Assembly: GCA_905211645.1 (NCBI GenBank)
Contig: CAJMBK010000008.1
Span: 8,272 to 72,271, forward strand
DNA from: an uncultured Bacillales bacterium
Lineage (GTDB): Bacteria > Bacillota_I > Bacilli_A > RFN20 > CAG-288
Length of the DNA: 64,000 nucleotides
Reading direction: 5' to 3'
Position numbers and translations under genes: made by a program. The notes beneath the pieces were generated by a model. It was not told the DNA's origin. It saw only the letters and a program-made list of their open reading frames with translations, and ran no database searches. Positions 9,315 to 18,916 of this stretch are shown in pieces (position 1 is the stretch's first letter; every line of letters begins with the position of its first letter).

Positions 9315-10076
9315 TTATTTGACCTCCTTAGCTGTTTCTTGTTTTGCTTTTGCTAATAAAGCTTTCTTTGCTTCTATAGCTTTCTTAGTCTTTCTATCAG
9401 AATTCCAAAGTCTGATTGTGGTAAAAACACCTAAGACCAAGCCGAAGACGATGAAGCCACCAGCATTTTGAGTAAGTAAAGGAATCTTGATTGCTTCTAA
9501 AGGTAAGAAGGAAAAGATTTGCTTGTTAGTGAATGGGTTAACAAATGTGATACCACCAGTGCCCAAAACTTCTCTAAAGAATGCGATGATTAAGCAAGCG
9601 AGTGCGAAACCGATTGACATGCCAAGAGCATCCAAAACGGATTTACCAACACTGTTCTTCCTTGCGAAGGCTTCAGCACGACCTAAGATGATGCAGTTGA
9701 CTGTGATTAAAGGAATGAAGACACCCAAAGATGTGGAAAGTTCAGGTGTGAATGCCTTTAAAAGTAAATCAACAATGGTAACAAGTGAAGAGATGATGAC
9801 GATGTAGACAGGAACTCTGATTGTGCTTGGAACAATCTTCCTAATAAGTGAAACGAGTAAATTAGAGAAGAATAAGACAATGAGAACTGCAACTGACATA
9901 CCGAGTGCATTGTTGATTGATGTTGTTGCGATAAAGACTGGACATAAACCGAGTAAGCCGACTAAGAGTGGATTCTCTCTGATGATGCCGGCTGTGAAAG
10001 TTTTTAACAATACATTTTCCTTTTTATCAGGAACTGAAGTATTGATTGGTTTAGCATTAATATTTCTTTCTTCCAT
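9315..10076 (-). CDS. rnfE: Rnf electron transport complex subunit E
   Basis: LGLCPVF...GVFIPLITVNCIILGRAEAFA motifs, paralogous to RnfA. Confidence 0.85.
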   Translation of the reverse strand: MEERNINAKPINTSVPDKKENVLLKTFTAGIIRENPLLVGLLGLCPVFIATTSINNALGMSVAVLIVLFFSNLLVSLIRKIVPSTIRVPVYIVIISSLVTIVDLLLKAFTPELSTSLGVFIPLITVNCIILGRAEAFARKNSVGKSVLDALGMSIGFALACLIIAFFREVLGTGGITFVNPFTNKQIFSFLPLEAIKIPLLTQNAGGFIVFGLVLGVFTTIRLWNSDRKTKKAIEAKKALLAKAKQETAKEVK

Positions 10077-10078
10077 AA

Positions 10079-11257
10079 TTATGCCTCCAATGAGCTGATG
10101 GCTTCACCAGCAGCGTTAAGTGCTTTGACCATAGATGGTACGGTTAATTCAGAGCTTGAACCTGTGATGATAGCATCACCTTTTTGTGTTCCTGGGTCAG
10201 AACCTAAGATATAGGCTTGATCCACTTTACCAATCTTGGTTGATGTATCGAAAATGGCATTGATAATTTGCTCGTACAAAAGATTTGATTCTGTATTCAA
10301 CTCGGAATCGTCGATTAAATAAATTTGATCAAGAACTAAATCATCATTATGTTCGTAAATTACAGCGCCGAAAATAACATTACCAAATTGAGGTTCAATA
10401 CTTTCAAGTTTGGCGTAATAACCTTTGGTTGAAGTAGCATTTTCTCTTTGATTTTCGTATTCAAAGGTGTAAAGCTCTAAAACGTTTTCGGTTGCTTCGT
10501 AAGCGGTCTTGACAACAGAGCCTTCCTTCAAGTTATCACCAACAATTGCGGTGATTGCTTCTGGGATTGAAGTTTCTGTATCACTACCATCGCCACCTTG
10601 ATTGTCATCGCCACCTTCACCGGTGTAAGTTGCACCGACACTGTTATAGTGTTTCAAGCAGTAATCAACTGCATCTTGAACAACAGGTGTAGTTTTTTGA
10701 GCAGTACCAGAAGTTTGGATGTATTGAGTGAAATCTTCACCAGCTTGATAACCAGGAACAACGGTGATATTTGTGTAGGCGTTAACACCTAAACTATCTT
10801 CACCAGCGTTTGAATTCAATTTGAATGCGTAAACAGAGCCGTTACCCTTGCCACCAACGATAATCATTGAAACGACAAGTGAACCGGAATAACCTCTTTC
10901 GGTTGTGATGGTGTAGAAGCGGACTGATTCAGTGTCAGTACCTTCCATCAAAGGTTCAGTGACGTAGCACTTTGCAAAAACGTTGATATTTTTATTATTG
11001 CCAGGAATAGTGTCGAAACCTTCAACGCCATCCAAGCCTTTTGTAGTATCGAGTTTGCCTTCAAGCAAGGTGTAAGCATCGTTGTATTTTTGAGCTTCTT
11101 GGTGCTCTAAAACAATTGGATTTGTGCCGGCGTAAACACCGACAACTGCACCACCAGCAACTAAGCAGGTAATACCTAATACTAAAGGATATTTGATAAA
11201 GTTAGACATCTTCTTCTTAGGAGCTTTAGTAGTCTTATTTGTATTAATTTCTGACAT
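10079..11257 (-). CDS. rnfG: Rnf subunit G with N-terminal TM anchor, FMN-binding domain and a second C-terminal FMN-bind-like repeat
   Basis: GYSGSLVVSMIIVGG ... TSGTAQKTTPVVQDAV (FMN_bind); C-terminal module (aa 240-392) homologous to the repeats fused to RnfD, ends ...ITGSSSELTVPSMVKALNAA. Confidence 0.75.
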   Translation of the reverse strand: MSEINTNKTTKAPKKKMSNFIKYPLVLGITCLVAGGAVVGVYAGTNPIVLEHQEAQKYNDAYTLLEGKLDTTKGLDGVEGFDTIPGNNKNINVFAKCYVTEPLMEGTDTESVRFYTITTERGYSGSLVVSMIIVGGKGNGSVYAFKLNSNAGEDSLGVNAYTNITVVPGYQAGEDFTQYIQTSGTAQKTTPVVQDAVDYCLKHYNSVGATYTGEGGDDNQGGDGSDTETSIPEAITAIVGDNLKEGSVVKTAYEATENVLELYTFEYENQRENATSTKGYYAKLESIEPQFGNVIFGAVIYEHNDDLVLDQIYLIDDSELNTESNLLYEQIINAIFDTSTKIGKVDQAYILGSDPGTQKGDAIITGSSSELTVPSMVKALNAAGEAISSLEA

Positions 11258-11268
11258 ATTTAACCTCC

Positions 11269-13470
11269 TTATCCTCTAATAATATTTGCTGCTTGGGCTA
11301 AAGCAGACATAACATCTGGAACTGTTTCTGCACTTGATGGAGCAGTATTGACATAGAAATCTTGGATATTTGATGAAGAACCAAGATCGAATTCATGGTT
11401 GATTGAGTTGATTTCAAGTTTAGTTGATAAATCAAAGATCAATGAGATGAAATGTTCATATAAACCATTATCTGGATGATTTTGCATTTCACTACCATCA
11501 ACTAAATACATGTGATGAACTGTGAGTTTATCACCGTTTTGGATGATTATTGCAGAGAATTCAACAGCACCGAACATTGAACCACTTGTCTTCATTCTTG
11601 CGTAGTAAGCAGTGTTGCTTGTTGCAGAAGCAGGAGCTTCAGTGAATTCGAATGAATACAATTCGAGAACGTTCTTATTTGAATCCTTGTCGAATTCGAT
11701 AGCAGTCATTGATTCTGGATCAAATGAATCACCAGCCATTGCCTTCATACCTGGAGCCTTGCTTTCAACGTTAGTTGGATCGATGATTGAAGCAAGTTTA
11801 ACCAAGGTGTTGTTGATTGCAGGTAATGTGTCTGTTGAAGTTGCACCGGAGATGATTGTTGAAGGATCACCACCTAAAACAACGTAGTGAGTATTCTTAT
11901 CATACTTGGAAAGATGATAGTTTGCTTGACTTGCATCGGTGTAGAAGAGGGAACCGATAACTTGTTCATACAAACCATTTGATTCTGTATCCATCTCGGA
12001 ATCGTCGATAAGATACATTGAATATAAGTTAAGATCTTTGGTTTGTTTATCTTGATACAAGATTGCGGAGAACATGATGTCACCGTAACTTGCACCACTA
12101 GTCATCAAGTTTGCATAGTATGCTGTTGCTCTATCGGTACCGGTAACAGCACTATCTGTTAAAGTGAAGCTTGCTAACTTCAAGACTTGATCTCTATCTG
12201 CTCTATCAACACTGATATTTCTAAATGAATCTGGATCATAGTATTGATTTGCAGTCATTTCGTTGAAACCGTAGTATTTGTTAGGAGAGTAGGTAGGTTG
12301 ATTCATTGCACCGAATGAAACACCGAATAATAAGGATGCGGCAGGTAAAACACTGATTGCAGTGTATTTTGTCCACATATGTTGATTGGTTCTTGCATAA
12401 ACTAATCTATCAATTAATGGAGTGACCATGTTCATGATTAAGATTGAATAAGCAACACCTTCTGGTGCGGCAGCAAAGAATCTGATCATCATAGTGATAA
12501 ATGCAGCACCGGTTGCAAAGATGATCTTACCAGTTCTGTTAACTGGGGATGTAACTGGGTCAGTTAAGCATAAGACGCCACCGAAGAGGACACCACCAGC
12601 CATGATTGCTCTGAATGCGAATTCAAAGCTATCGACGCCCATACCTTGGCAAGCTGCCATCAATAAGTATGTGACAAAGATAGTACCGATGAAGAATGTA
12701 GGAACCCTCCAGTCGATAATTCTTCTGACGATTAAGTAGATACCAATAATAATTAATAAGAAGGCGAAAGTTTCACCTAATGTACCGAAGTACTTACCAA
12801 GGAACATGTCCAAGGTTGAGATTTGTGTGATTGAGTTGTTGATGTTGAAAACATCTGTACCGGAAAAAAGTGTTGAGGTGATGGAAGCACCAGTGTTGAT
12901 TGTGAAATCAAGTGGCTTTTCACCTAAGAATGTCTTAAGTTCTGATGAGAAGCAGAGCTGAGCAAAAATTCTTCCAATGATTGCAGGGTTGAAGATATTT
13001 CCACCGAAACCGCCAAAGACGTTCTTAAAGACAAATGTTGCACCAAATGATGTGATCATAACGACCCACATTGGTGTGCCAACAGGTAAAAGTAAAGCAA
13101 CTAACAAACCTGAAACGTAGGAGTAGTTGAAGATAAACTTCTTGAAGTATGCTTTAACTCTTGTTTCACCTTTTGGAAGGTTTAAACGTTTCTCATCCTT
13201 CCAGAAAATAGGAAGATAGAATATAGCGTCGGCAAGTACTGAGAATAACATTGCACAAACGCCCATGCCGATTACTTTAAGACCGTAATACCAACCGTAG
13301 TAATTTCTGGCGAGGAGTTCTTCGCTTGATAAGAAGGTGTCGCTGACTGAGTAGAAGATAATTGCTGCTACCCATAAAGCGACGACGCAACCGAAGAATT
13401 CCATCATCATCTTGAAGGTTGAATTCTTACCTCTTAAATGTGGTCCGGCTTGATTAGCAAACTTAACCAT
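11269..13470 (-). CDS. rnfD: Rnf subunit D (NqrB family) fused to an extra TM helix and two C-terminal FMN-bind-like domains
   Basis: Core FGGFGGNIFNPA, TGASITS flavinylation-type motif, TDPVTSP; aa 368-388 extra hydrophobic helix; repeats aa 440-565 (ends ISGATSTDT) and 610-733. Confidence 0.8.
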   Translation of the reverse strand: MVKFANQAGPHLRGKNSTFKMMMEFFGCVVALWVAAIIFYSVSDTFLSSEELLARNYYGWYYGLKVIGMGVCAMLFSVLADAIFYLPIFWKDEKRLNLPKGETRVKAYFKKFIFNYSYVSGLLVALLLPVGTPMWVVMITSFGATFVFKNVFGGFGGNIFNPAIIGRIFAQLCFSSELKTFLGEKPLDFTINTGASITSTLFSGTDVFNINNSITQISTLDMFLGKYFGTLGETFAFLLIIIGIYLIVRRIIDWRVPTFFIGTIFVTYLLMAACQGMGVDSFEFAFRAIMAGGVLFGGVLCLTDPVTSPVNRTGKIIFATGAAFITMMIRFFAAAPEGVAYSILIMNMVTPLIDRLVYARTNQHMWTKYTAISVLPAASLLFGVSFGAMNQPTYSPNKYYGFNEMTANQYYDPDSFRNISVDRADRDQVLKLASFTLTDSAVTGTDRATAYYANLMTSGASYGDIMFSAILYQDKQTKDLNLYSMYLIDDSEMDTESNGLYEQVIGSLFYTDASQANYHLSKYDKNTHYVVLGGDPSTIISGATSTDTLPAINNTLVKLASIIDPTNVESKAPGMKAMAGDSFDPESMTAIEFDKDSNKNVLELYSFEFTEAPASATSNTAYYARMKTSGSMFGAVEFSAIIIQNGDKLTVHHMYLVDGSEMQNHPDNGLYEHFISLIFDLSTKLEINSINHEFDLGSSSNIQDFYVNTAPSSAETVPDVMSALAQAANIIRG

Positions 13471-14885
13471 TATTTTTTAACCTCCTCATTCTTCTCATTC
13501 TTTTTCTTAGAAAAGAGTGAAGTGATGAATTTCTTAATTTTTTCTTTGCTCTCTTGAGCTTCGGTCATTTGACCAGGTTTGAATTTCATTCTAGCCATCA
13601 TCTTAGCTTTGGACATGTTGGCTGTGACATCGATGTGGGATGGGCAGACAAATGAACACATACCGCATTCGACACACTTCAAGACATCCAATTCGTAGCA
13701 ACGATCGACGTCGCCTCTGTTGATAGCCATTTGAATTTGAACTGGTTGTAAGCCCATTGGGCAGTGATCGACACACTTACCACACTTCCAGCATGGTTCG
13801 GCGTGAATGTCGTACTTAGATAAGATTGTGAAACCACCAGATTGTAAAACTGTTGGGAAATCTGCAGTTAAAACTGCTCTACCGCACATTGGACCACCGT
13901 TGACGATCTTGACATCTTCCAAGGCGTAACCGCCAGTTGATTTGATAATTTCATCAACTAAGGTACCGACTGGGCATTCGACGTTAGTTTGATTGCTGAC
14001 GCCATCACCAGCGATTGTGATAACCTTCTTGGAAATTGTTGCACCATCTCTGAAAAGTCTACCAACTGCTTCAAGAGTTTGTAAGTTGTTGACGATTACA
14101 TGACATTCTGCAGGTAAAACGTTGTAACTTCTGTGAAAAACGTAAGAGATGAGTGTTCTTTCAAAACCCATTGGGTAACGATCTGGAGTCAAAGTGATCT
14201 CGATAATTTCCTTGAGTTCAGGATGATTCTTCAAGGCGTTTGTGCAAGCTTCAATCAAATGAGGTTTGTTTTCCTTGATTGCAATGATTGCTCTCTTTGC
14301 ATTCATGACTTTAACTAAAATTGGTAATGCATAGAACAAATCTTCGATGCATCTGCTACCTTCGAGGTAGTCAGTTGTCAAGTAAGGCTCACATTCGATT
14401 GCATTGACTAAAATAGTGTCAATTTTAACTTCGGGTTTGGTGTTATATTTGATGAATGTTGGGAAACCAGCACCACCAAGACCAACGATACCACCTTCTT
14501 TAATCTTGTTAACAACATCTTCTTTAGTTGGATTATCAACCAACTTTTCTAAGTGCTCTGTTGTGTACAATTTGTCATTTTCGATGACAAAGTGATCGAC
14601 TTGTCTTCCACAGATTGTAGAAGTTTTCTTTTCAATAGCGACAATTTTACCGCTAACTGATGAGTAAACTGGAATACCAAAGTCACCTCTGATACCAAGT
14701 CTAGTGCCCACTTTTACTGAAGCACCAACCTCCAACATTTCATTCAAAGGCATAGCTTTATTGTCTACGCATTGAATGTAGACCTTATCAGGTTCGTAGC
14801 TAACGATAGGATTATCAGCTTGAGGGTGTTTATGACCATCGATCTTAGTCATACCACTAGTTCCTAAAAACTTAAAATTAGGCAT
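13470..14885 (-). CDS. rnfC: Rnf subunit C (NADH-binding, 2x[4Fe-4S])
   Basis: GLGGAGFPTFIKY NADH/FMN motif; CWKCGKCVDHCP and CVECGMCSFVCP ferredoxin motifs; ATGA overlap with rnfD. Confidence 0.85.
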   Translation of the reverse strand: MPNFKFLGTSGMTKIDGHKHPQADNPIVSYEPDKVYIQCVDNKAMPLNEMLEVGASVKVGTRLGIRGDFGIPVYSSVSGKIVAIEKKTSTICGRQVDHFVIENDKLYTTEHLEKLVDNPTKEDVVNKIKEGGIVGLGGAGFPTFIKYNTKPEVKIDTILVNAIECEPYLTTDYLEGSRCIEDLFYALPILVKVMNAKRAIIAIKENKPHLIEACTNALKNHPELKEIIEITLTPDRYPMGFERTLISYVFHRSYNVLPAECHVIVNNLQTLEAVGRLFRDGATISKKVITIAGDGVSNQTNVECPVGTLVDEIIKSTGGYALEDVKIVNGGPMCGRAVLTADFPTVLQSGGFTILSKYDIHAEPCWKCGKCVDHCPMGLQPVQIQMAINRGDVDRCYELDVLKCVECGMCSFVCPSHIDVTANMSKAKMMARMKFKPGQMTEAQESKEKIKKFITSLFSKKKNEKNEEVKK

Positions 14886-14915
14886 TTACTAATCTCCTAT
14901 ATATAAATTCAATTA

Positions 14916-14950
14916 ATTATATCATTTCAAACAACCAAAATTGCTCAATT
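14916..14950 (-). promoter_or_regulatory. candidate sigma-A promoter of rnf operon (extended -10 TGaTATAAT)
   Basis: minus-strand TGATATAAT (-10 at 14916-14921, TG 14923-24) ~30 nt upstream of rnfC RBS aggag. Confidence 0.35.
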
Positions 14951-15035
14951 CTTTAATTAATTTGTCACCAAAATTACTAAGTTAAAACTTATTAAAAAGT
15001 AATAAATTGGTAATTTATAAAAGTCATTTATCTAA

Positions 15036-15099
15036 CATGAAAAAAGTCAGTTTAAGTTAGGATATGCTAACACAACTAACAAATTTTAAACTGACTTTT
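15036..15099 (-). terminator. long stem-loop terminator downstream of pduL
   Basis: perfect 14-bp inverted repeat aaaagtcagtttaa(15042-55)/ttaaactgactttt(15086-99) with ~30-nt loop and T-run on minus strand. Confidence 0.45.
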
Positions 15100-15122
15100 A
15101 AATTCGATAAATTTTACTAAAA

Positions 15123-15710
15123 TTAAGCTTTGACAATTGTACCTTCAGCGTTGCCTTGTAAACCTAAAGCGTTGCTTTCATCGGTATCAATGTGCATTGC
15201 TAATGCAAACTTAGGCGAAACTCTGACAACGACATCACCTAAAATAGCTGTTCTTTCTCTTGGTGATTCAATTTTAACTGAAACAATTTCACCGTTTTTA
15301 ACGCCATATTCGGCTGCATCTTCTTCAGTCATGTGGATGTGACGTTTTGCAACGATTAAACCTTCTGTTAATTCGGCTTCACCTTTAGGACCAACAATCT
15401 TGATAGGTGCGGAACCTTTAATATCACCAGATTCTCTGATAGGAGCATCAACACCTAAAGTTCTGCAATCTGTTAAAGACATTTCGACTTGGTTAGCCTT
15501 TCTTGCTGGACCTAAGATAGAAACGTTCTTAATTGTATTCTTTGGACCAACAACATCAACTCTGCTTGTAGAAGCAAATTGACCAGGTTGGCTCAACATT
15601 TTCTTAACTTCCATTTTTGCATCTTCACCAAATAAAACTTTGAATGTTTCTTCGGTGACGTGAACGTGACGAGCACTAGTTTCAACAACAAATTTCTTTT
15701 CTGAAGACAT
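15123..15710 (-). CDS. pduL: phosphate acyltransferase PduL family (phosphotransacetylase/propanoyltransferase)
   Basis: 195 aa with two repeated His-containing halves (ARHVHVTEE / KRHIHMTEED) typical of PduL/EutD-like. Confidence 0.6.
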   Translation of the reverse strand: MSSEKKFVVETSARHVHVTEETFKVLFGEDAKMEVKKMLSQPGQFASTSRVDVVGPKNTIKNVSILGPARKANQVEMSLTDCRTLGVDAPIRESGDIKGSAPIKIVGPKGEAELTEGLIVAKRHIHMTEEDAAEYGVKNGEIVSVKIESPRERTAILGDVVVRVSPKFALAMHIDTDESNALGLQGNAEGTIVKA

Positions 15711-15865
15711 ATTAAAATTTTTTTCTCCTTTTTTCGTAATAATTATAAATCTTTAAAGTCTTTATTTCATGGATTTGAACACTAAATTTGATTTGGATGA
15801 TTTCTGGATAAAAATTGGGTAAAAGTTGGACGAATTAACTGAGTTAATTATGCTAAAATTTTTGC

Positions 15866-16837
15866 ATGAAATGCTTTTCTGCAATTGAATATTTAAAAGA
15901 ATTAATCGAGAAATTCCACTTAAATTTGAAAGTTGATGATTTCAAAATCGTCAAAGAAGGTTATTCAAACTTAACCTTTTACAGTGCAAAAAGTAATTCA
16001 TACCTAAAGGTTTCTTTACCAATTTTAGATGAAAGATTTGAAGATTTAAAACCTATCCTTCATCATGAAAAAGTTTCTGAGAAAGATTATGAAATCTTAG
16101 CTAAAGCTCTTAATTACAAGATGAAAATTCTTGTAGATATTGATGAGTTACGAATCGAAGAGATTGAAAAATTAGATATTGATGAAACTTTCAATTTAAA
16201 AGATATTACACATGAAGAAATCAAATCTTTGATGAAAACCATCAAAGAATTTTCTTCAATTGACCTAGAAGATACAAAAGTTTTATCAGTTGATGAGATG
16301 ATTCAAAAGTTTAAGAAAATTTACGATAATTACTACAAAATTTCTGATTTATTCAAAACAACTCATAAAAAGTTACTCAAGTTGTCAAATGAATATACTA
16401 AATATCAATTCAATACAATTCAAGATACAAATTCTAATGATTTATCTACAATTCACTTCGATTTAGTAATTGGAAACATCCTTAAATCAAGAACAACTAA
16501 CACTTTCCACATCATCGATTTTGACTACGTTTACAAGGGAAATCCTATTTTAATGCTGGCTTCACTAATTGAAGAAACTCAATTTAATGCAGAGACTGAA
16601 AACTTAATTATTAAAGAGTTTTTCAATACTTTCTACCCAAAAAATTCGGACTTCTACAACGATTTCCAACAAAAATATAAGAAAGAATACTTCCTTAAAT
16701 TAGACTATCTATGGTCACTTTGGGCAGCAAACTTACTTAATTACTACAACGAAATAAACGACAAAGAAAAAGTCGATAATTTAATTCAAATTATCGACGA
16801 TAAGTTCAATAGTTTCTTAAAACACCTTATTTCTTAG
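15866..16837 (+). CDS. phosphotransferase (choline/aminoglycoside kinase-like, APH fold)
   Basis: Brenner motif HFDLVIGNIL and IDFDYVYKGNPILMLASL resembling LicA/choline kinase family. Confidence 0.45.
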   Translation: MKCFSAIEYLKELIEKFHLNLKVDDFKIVKEGYSNLTFYSAKSNSYLKVSLPILDERFEDLKPILHHEKVSEKDYEILAKALNYKMKILVDIDELRIEEIEKLDIDETFNLKDITHEEIKSLMKTIKEFSSIDLEDTKVLSVDEMIQKFKKIYDNYYKISDLFKTTHKKLLKLSNEYTKYQFNTIQDTNSNDLSTIHFDLVIGNILKSRTTNTFHIIDFDYVYKGNPILMLASLIEETQFNAETENLIIKEFFNTFYPKNSDFYNDFQQKYKKEYFLKLDYLWSLWAANLLNYYNEINDKEKVDNLIQIIDDKFNSFLKHLIS

Positions 16838-17462
16838 ATGCATCTGCAAAGATCTTCAAACCAGCAGTGGTTAAAGGATGTTCATACATCTTCATAATGA
16901 TCTTGTAAGGAATTGTAGCGATGTCACAACCAGCAGAAACAGCTAATTGAACATGAGCAACATTTCTAATACTTGCAGCGATAATTTCGGTTTCATAACC
17001 GTAAGTATCTCTTAATTGACAGACATTATTGATAAGAGCAACTGCATCAAATCCAGCATCATCCATTCTACCTAAGAATGGGGAAACATAAGTAGCACCT
17101 GCTTCCATAGCAAGAAGTGCTTGTGCAGGAGAGAAAATAAGAGTAACGTTTGTCTTGATACCTTCACTTGTTAATTGTCTACAAGCTTTGATACCATCTA
17201 CTGTCATAGGTAATTTGATGACGATGTTTTTATGAAGTTTAGAATATTCACGACCTTGTTTGATCATGGTATTTGCATCTGATTCATCGACTTCAACTGA
17301 AATTGGACCATCGATAAGTTTGACGATGTCATGAACAACATCCAAAACTGATCTACCGGATTTAGCAATCAAACTAGGGTTTGTGGTACAACCTTTAACA
17401 ACACCTAATTTGCTGGCTTCTTCAATTTCATTAACCATAGCAGTATCAATAAAAATTTTCAT
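16827..17462 (-). CDS. tal: transaldolase-family fructose-6-phosphate aldolase / short transaldolase
   Basis: MKIFIDTA...GCTTNPSLI start, 211 aa, Schiff-base Lys region IVIKLP. Confidence 0.8.
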   Translation of the reverse strand: MKIFIDTAMVNEIEEASKLGVVKGCTTNPSLIAKSGRSVLDVVHDIVKLIDGPISVEVDESDANTMIKQGREYSKLHKNIVIKLPMTVDGIKACRQLTSEGIKTNVTLIFSPAQALLAMEAGATYVSPFLGRMDDAGFDAVALINNVCQLRDTYGYETEIIAASIRNVAHVQLAVSAGCDIATIPYKIIMKMYEHPLTTAGLKIFADASKK

Positions 17463-17511
17463 GTTTATACCTCAACTTTATCTAATTTTAGCATTTATGA
17501 AATTGCTTTCT

Positions 17512-18042
17512 TTAAAATACGATGGCACGTGAGTATTTTCTAACAAATGGTCTAAGTAACCACAAGCCTAAAAAGGCGTTGTGCATATTAGCTGCTCTAT
17601 TGTATTTATCGTAGAAAGTTTCCATCATCTTGAAGGTTGTTTCCATCTCTTCAGATAATTCACTATCAATTGTAATCTTGTACTCATTGAAGAATTTCTT
17701 TGAATAAGTCAAAAGAACATCCAAAGCTTGCTTAGCGTATGATCTTTTTTCAGTGATATCATCTTTAATGATAGATTCAATATCAATAAGCATGTCATCC
17801 ATGGATTTATTGTATTTTTTGCCTGAATTTTTGATAACTTCAAAACACTTCTTAGCAAGAGCAAGCCTTTGCTCTTCAAATGGTCCGATATCTTTAATTA
17901 AAATTTGGACTTTCTTTCTGTAGTGCTTAAAAACAATGTATTCAACACCGACAAAAAGCGTCAAAAAGACGATGATACCAACAATGCATAAAACAATAAT
18001 TACAATCTGAGTGGTTAAACTATCCATTAAAAAATTGAACAT
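17512..18042 (-). CDS. LemA family membrane protein
   Basis: N-terminal TM followed by ~150-aa helical LemA-like domain. Confidence 0.45.
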   Translation of the reverse strand: MFNFLMDSLTTQIVIIVLCIVGIIVFLTLFVGVEYIVFKHYRKKVQILIKDIGPFEEQRLALAKKCFEVIKNSGKKYNKSMDDMLIDIESIIKDDITEKRSYAKQALDVLLTYSKKFFNEYKITIDSELSEEMETTFKMMETFYDKYNRAANMHNAFLGLWLLRPFVRKYSRAIVF

Positions 18043-18150
18043 ATTTATTTAATCTCCAGTTCAATAATTATATAAATAATGAAGTGACTATCAGAAAAAA
18101 GTTACGTAAAAAATAATGAAATGATAAAATTTTAAACTTGGAGGTCACTT

Positions 18151-18867
18151 ATGAAAGATAATGTAATGTTTTTGCTTGCTGCGGGAAGCTCCACCCGTGT
18201 CGAAAACTTAGAAACTAAAAAACAATTTTACAGAGATTCAATATATAAAAAACCTGTATTCTTATATCCATTATTAACAAGTTTAAAAAATGACTTATTC
18301 AAGAAAGTCTACTTAGTCATCGCTAAAGAAGATATGAAAATAGTTCAAGATATCCTTGAAGAATTCTCAGTCAAAGATGAAAAACTTGTTCTTGTTGAAG
18401 GTGGAACAAGCCGTCCTCACTCTGTTTTAAACGCAATTAAGAGAGTTGAAGCAGATAAATTCAATCCAGAAAATACAAATGTTGTCATCCACGATGCTTG
18501 TAGGCCATTCGTTTCTGTTGAAGACTTTGAAAAACTCATTGAAAAATTGAAAGAAAAAGAATCTGTATCCTATGCGATCGGTGTCGTTGATACTTTGATT
18601 GAAAAATATCCTTTCCCTAAAGCAGTTGATAGAGATAACTTCAAGAGAATCCAAACTCCTCAAGCTTTCCATCTTTCAACATTGATTAAGGCTTATCAAG
18701 TAACAAGTAATTTCTCAAATACCGATGAGATGCAAATTGTTTCAAAAATTACCAAGGATTTCACAACAATTCCAGGCAAATTGAGACTTTTTAAGATCAC
18801 ATACGACGAGGATATCGAACTTTTAGAAATTCTTCTCAAAGGTTACTACGAATTACATAATAAATAG
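18151..18867 (+). CDS. IspD/TarI-family cytidylyltransferase (2-C-methyl-D-erythritol-4-P or alditol-phosphate cytidylyltransferase)
   Basis: LAAGSSTR, VEGGTSRPHSV, HDACRPF, RIQTPQAF motifs matching IspD; ggagg RBS. Confidence 0.6.
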   Translation: MKDNVMFLLAAGSSTRVENLETKKQFYRDSIYKKPVFLYPLLTSLKNDLFKKVYLVIAKEDMKIVQDILEEFSVKDEKLVLVEGGTSRPHSVLNAIKRVEADKFNPENTNVVIHDACRPFVSVEDFEKLIEKLKEKESVSYAIGVVDTLIEKYPFPKAVDRDNFKRIQTPQAFHLSTLIKAYQVTSNFSNTDEMQIVSKITKDFTTIPGKLRLFKITYDEDIELLEILLKGYYELHNK

Positions 18868-18916
18868 AGAGAAATAACCCTTAAAACAATATAATATTAA
18901 CGAAAGAAGGTTTAAT

